A stretch of 64,000 nucleotides of DNA, from NCBI GenBank assembly GCA_965202625.1, contig CBDBBI010000010.1, forward strand, positions 1,408,001-1,472,000, in the 5' to 3' direction. Positions 60,312-64,000 of the stretch are shown here, piece after piece; the stretch's first letter is position 1, and every line of letters begins with the position of its first letter. The notes under the pieces are model-generated. The model had not been told where the DNA came from. It worked only from the letters and a program-made list of their open reading frames with translations, and searched no databases. Origin of the DNA: a bacterium. GTDB taxonomy: Bacteria > UBA8248. The translations under genes and the position numbers were made by a program.

Positions 60312-61385
60312 TCAAACGCGCTTGCCGCCGGAATCGAAGAGATAGACGCGGGCCGGGTCGAACGCGACGTGAAGCCGCTCGCCCGCCTTGAAGCGATCGG
60401 AAGCCTCGACGACAGCGATGGTCGGACGCTCGGCGCCGTGGTCGAAATAGAGCAGCGTGTCCTTTCCGAGCGGCTCGACGAGCTGGACGTCGCACGAAAA
60501 GGCGGCGCCGTCCCCCTCTCCCACCAGCACGTGCTCCGGACGGACTCCCAGAGTGTAGTCTCCCGAGGGGAGGTCGGCGTAGGGGTCGGGCAGGGTGAAA
60601 TTCACGCCGGAGCCGGCGAATGCGGGTCCTCCGTTTGCGTTCTCCACCTTTCCGGCGATGAGGTTCATGGACGGGCTGCCGAAGAAATCGGCCACGAAAT
60701 AGCTCACCGGATTGTTGTAGATGTCGAGCGGGGCACCGACCTGTTCAATAACGCCGCCGCGCATCACCACGATGCGATCGGCCAGCGTCATCGCCTCTTC
60801 CTGATCGTGCGTGACGTAGACGAAGGTCTTCTGGAGCTCCTCATGGAGCCGGTCGATCTCGGCGCGCATCTCGCGGCGAAGCTTGGCGTCCAGACTCGAC
60901 AGCGGCTCATCCAGCAAGAAGGCGGAGGGGTCGGTGATGAGGGTGCGGGCGAGCGCGGCGCGCTGGGCCTCGCCTCCGGAGCATTGGGCGGGCAGCTTGC
61001 CGAGGAGATGGCCTATCCGCACCAGGTCGGCCACTTCGCGCACGCGGCTTCGTCGCGTCTCGGGCGGCACCTTCTTCATGCGTGGGCCGAATTCGATGTT
61101 CTCGGCCACCGTCTTGTGCGGAAACAGCGCGTGTGTCTGAAAGACCATGCCGACCCCCCGGTCGCCGGGATCGACGTCGTTGACGACCCTTCCGTCGATG
61201 AGAATCTCACCCGCGGTGGGTTCCTCAAAACCCGCGACCATCCGCAGCGTGGTCGTCTTTCCGCAGCCCGAGGGGCCCACGATAACGACGAACTCGCCTT
61301 CCTCAATGGTGAAGTCGAGGTTCTTCACGGCCTCGATGTTTTTGCCGAATACCTTGCGCAAACCCCTGAGTTCAATTCTCGCCAT
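60312..61385 (-). CDS. MalK-like ABC transporter ATP-binding protein
   Basis: GPSGCGKTT, CSGGEAQR, LLDEPLSSLD, YVTHDQEEAM and a TOBE domain. Confidence 0.92.
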   Translation of the reverse strand: MARIELRGLRKVFGKNIEAVKNLDFTIEEGEFVVIVGPSGCGKTTTLRMVAGFEEPTAGEILIDGRVVNDVDPGDRGVGMVFQTHALFPHKTVAENIEFGPRMKKVPPETRRSRVREVADLVRIGHLLGKLPAQCSGGEAQRAALARTLITDPSAFLLDEPLSSLDAKLRREMRAEIDRLHEELQKTFVYVTHDQEEAMTLADRIVVMRGGVIEQVGAPLDIYNNPVSYFVADFFGSPSMNLIAGKVENANGGPAFAGSGVNFTLPDPYADLPSGDYTLGVRPEHVLVGEGDGAAFSCDVQLVEPLGKDTLLYFDHGAERPTIAVVEASDRFKAGERLHVAFDPARVYLFDSGGKRV

Positions 61386-61393
61386 TGTCTTTT

Positions 61394-62302
61394 CTACCTC
61401 TTCACCATTCCGAAAGTGAAACCGCGCACCAGGTGCTTTCGAATGAAAATGCCGATGATCATGAGCGGCAGGGTGATGCCCACCGACAAGGCGGCCTGAT
61501 GGCCATAGACGCGGCCCTCGTCCGAACCTTCGTATTTCGCCAACTGGACGGGCAGCGTCACCACGTCCACCTTGGAGAGCATGAGAGAGAGCAGATATTC
61601 GCTCCACGTCAGGATGAGAATGAAAAGGAACGTCGCCACGACGCCCGAGCGGATGAGCGGAAAGATCACCTCGCGGATCGCCTGCCATTTGGTCGCGCCC
61701 AGAATCTCCGCGGCCTGTTCGATCTCGACGGGAACCTCGTCCACGAAACTCTTCGTCATCCAGACGGAGTAGGGCAGCGTCGTGATGAAATAGACGATCA
61801 CCAGCCCCGTAGCGGTGTCCATCAAATGGATCGCCGAGTAGTAAAGGGTGAGGGGCGCCGCCACCACGATGGGCGGAATCATCCGCAGCACGAGGAGCTG
61901 GAACATGCGCACCTCTGAGAGTATGCGGTAGCGGGAGACGCCGTAGGCCAGAACCGAGCCGAAGGCGACCGAAAGCGCGGTGGCGGTGATGGCGATGTAG
62001 AGGCTGTTCCAAAGCGCCTGCCAGGGCTTGTTCGCCGAGGCCGACTCGTAGCGGGCGGTCTGGGTCTGGGTCGTCTCCTCGGTGACGGTTCGAGGACTCT
62101 CCGGCTTGCCCCACACCGCCTGGTAGTTGGCCCAGGAGGCCTCTTGCGACCAGTAAACCGGCGGCCAGGCGTGCCACTCCCAGTCGGGCTTGAACGAGGT
62201 GGAGAGGATCCAGAAAATCGGGAACGCCACGATCAACGACCACATCAAAAGGGCGGCGTAACGGAATATGGTGAACAGGCGTCCCTTCATGACTCGGCTC
62301 AT
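61394..62302 (-). CDS. carbohydrate ABC transporter permease (MalG-like)
   Basis: EAA loop VPVEIEQAAEILGA; six TM segments. Confidence 0.88.
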   Translation of the reverse strand: MSRVMKGRLFTIFRYAALLMWSLIVAFPIFWILSTSFKPDWEWHAWPPVYWSQEASWANYQAVWGKPESPRTVTEETTQTQTARYESASANKPWQALWNSLYIAITATALSVAFGSVLAYGVSRYRILSEVRMFQLLVLRMIPPIVVAAPLTLYYSAIHLMDTATGLVIVYFITTLPYSVWMTKSFVDEVPVEIEQAAEILGATKWQAIREVIFPLIRSGVVATFLFILILTWSEYLLSLMLSKVDVVTLPVQLAKYEGSDEGRVYGHQAALSVGITLPLMIIGIFIRKHLVRGFTFGMVKR

Positions 62303-62306
62303 GGTC

Positions 62307-63269
62307 TTAGGCCTCCGCGCGCGGGGCTTCATACAGGGTGTCGAGCGCCCGCTTCTCTCGGCGCAGGACGTAGATCGCCGTGAGGACGATGAAGATCATG
62401 ATCAGCATGACGACGTAGGACATCGCCGCGCCCTTTGATATGTCGAACGACACCCAGGTCGTAAAATAGAGATAGATGGGTATCGTCTCGGTGGCGGTGC
62501 CCGGTCCGCCCTGAATGAGGCCCCACGTCTTGGGAAACTCCGCCATGGCTTCCAGAAAGCGGAGGATGAGCGCCAGGAATATGACGGGGCGCAGGAGCGG
62601 AAGCTGAATTTCGCGGAATATCTGCAAGCGATTCGCTCCGAGGATGCGGGCGGCTTCCACAGGTTCGGTCGGCAGTGAGGAAAGACCCGCCAGCATGATG
62701 ATGAAGGCGAACGGCGTCCAGTTCCATACCTCCAGCAGGATGATCGTAAAGATGGCGAAATTCGGGTTCGCCAGCCAGGTGAACTTCGAGAGGTCGCCGG
62801 GCAGGAAATAGCTGAGGAATCCGTTGATGGGCCCCTTCTCATACAAAAGCATATCGGCGGTATAGGCGATGACCACGGGTACCGTCAGCATGGGGAGGAT
62901 GAAGAGGATATAGAAAAACGCCTGTCCCCTGAAGGGCTTATACATCAACAGCGCCAGGCCAAAGCCGCAGACGAAGCAGCCGAGCGTCGAGAGACCCGCA
63001 AAGAGAAGCGAGCGCCCCATGGCGCGCCAGAAGCGCCCCTCGGTCAACACCTCCTGGAACAGCTCCAGCCCCACGAATTCCGCGTCGAACCAGGTGGAGA
63101 GATAAACCGTCCAGGAGTGAAACGAAAAATATATTTGCAGCAAAAATACGGGCATCAAAAACGCGAACAGGAGAATCAGCGGAGAGAGGGCGCTCCATTT
63201 GAATACGCGGACGCCTCGGGCGCGGGCGGAACGCCTGCCCTTGGGTTGTGTGAGTGTGTCCGTCGCCAT
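62307..63269 (-). CDS. carbohydrate ABC transporter permease (MalF-like)
   Basis: WNWTPF...LAGLSSLP.EPVEAARILGA and GGPGTATE motifs. Confidence 0.88.
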   Translation of the reverse strand: MATDTLTQPKGRRSARARGVRVFKWSALSPLILLFAFLMPVFLLQIYFSFHSWTVYLSTWFDAEFVGLELFQEVLTEGRFWRAMGRSLLFAGLSTLGCFVCGFGLALLMYKPFRGQAFFYILFILPMLTVPVVIAYTADMLLYEKGPINGFLSYFLPGDLSKFTWLANPNFAIFTIILLEVWNWTPFAFIIMLAGLSSLPTEPVEAARILGANRLQIFREIQLPLLRPVIFLALILRFLEAMAEFPKTWGLIQGGPGTATETIPIYLYFTTWVSFDISKGAAMSYVVMLIMIFIVLTAIYVLRREKRALDTLYEAPRAEA

Positions 63270-63444
63270 TCGTGCGGCTCCTACGATCTCGAACGAATCG
63301 GAGGCTTCAGCCGAAAACCATCCGGAAGCGGGCATCGCATCAATGACCGGGACAGGCGGATACGCACCCGCCCCGGTCATCAAGAATGCCCTCTCTTCGG
63401 AGCGCGCGCCCTGAAGCCCGAAGAGAGGAGTTTGATTTATCGCC

Positions 63445-64000
63445 CTACGAGGGAGCGTTCACCTTCGGCATCATCGCCTTGTAGAAGGGAATCTCCTTTC
63501 TGAGCTTGCGCTTGCCGATCTTGCGGACGATCTTGGCCCATTCGCTCTGAATGTCGCCCATGACCTTCTTGGCGCCCTTCTTCCGACCCGCGTAGGCCTC
63601 GGAGAGGTTCCGGTCCACGACCTCCTTGAACTCCTGGTAGCCCGTCACATACGGCGGCGGCGCGGTGACCAGGAGGTTGTCCTCCACGGACTTGATTCCC
63701 TCCGGAGTATAGACCTTCGACACCTGCGGGTCGGTCATGTGCTTGGGATGCCAGGGATCGTGGAAGGTGAACTTCGGATGGCCGACCACCTCGGCGCTGT
63801 TCTTGTAGGTGCTCATGTACATGGCCCACGCGATGGCCTGCTTCTTGCGCGGGCTGTGCCGGTTCACGACCATCCCCATGACCGGAGCCGAGAAGGCGCG
63901 GTGGATGAGCGTGCCGGAGAACCTGGAGCCCGGCACGAGGCCGTAGTGCCACATGCCCCTGGTTTTCGTCTTCGCCGTCGGGCTCTCGATGAGCGCGATG
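63445..64000 (-). CDS. ABC transporter extracellular solute-binding protein, 3' part only
   Basis: Open frame running off the window end, upstream of the two permeases; hydrophilic with a family-1-SBP-like C-terminus. Confidence 0.7.
   Translation of the reverse strand, partial: IALIESPTAKTKTRGMWHYGLVPGSRFSGTLIHRAFSAPVMGMVVNRHSPRKKQAIAWAMYMSTYKNSAEVVGHPKFTFHDPWHPKHMTDPQVSKVYTPEGIKSVEDNLLVTAPPPYVTGYQEFKEVVDRNLSEAYAGRKKGAKKVMGDIQSEWAKIVRKIGKRKLRKEIPFYKAMMPKVNAPS

Noticed and set aside
61386-62243. Long N-terminal extension of the ABC ATPase in the ORF track
   Set aside because: It overlaps the permease gene in another frame; the real start is most likely MARIELRG at 61385.

Overview
Bacterial chromosomal window, GC-rich by eye, from a diderm organism (outer-membrane beta-barrel, Tat, CcdA, futalosine-type menaquinone genes). 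The lineage cannot be fixed from sequence alone. Most of it is housekeeping and accessory metabolism: the edge of a nonulosonic-acid locus (neuB-like, pseB) beside tRNA-Glu; a PhnDCE-type ABC transporter led by an unusual di-haem cytochrome c; amtB-glnK; two thiolase/DUF35 modules; mqnL-mqnP-menG; gatC; pcrA; an expanded Glm cluster; tatA/B-tatC; purA-hisZ-serA; a porin, an FG-GAP protein and a TMTC-like glycosyltransferase; a TPP riboswitch with thiC; a lower-GC AAA ATPase/DUF4276 pair; and a sugar-type ABC transporter. The most notable signals are: (1) an 80-aa SelW/Rdx-family selenoprotein (CxxU, in-frame TGA, SECIS-like hairpin) at 18170-18412 (-), absent from the ORF track and coupled to a MOSC gene; (2) the di-haem cytochrome + PhnDCE operon with non-canonical residues; (3) a 26-bp, 24/26-identical inverted repeat bracketing amtB-glnK, plus a hairpin that could hide the amtB ribosome-binding site; (4) a candidate ATPase/TOPRIM-like defence module. 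All product calls come from motif recognition by eye; no database searches were run.
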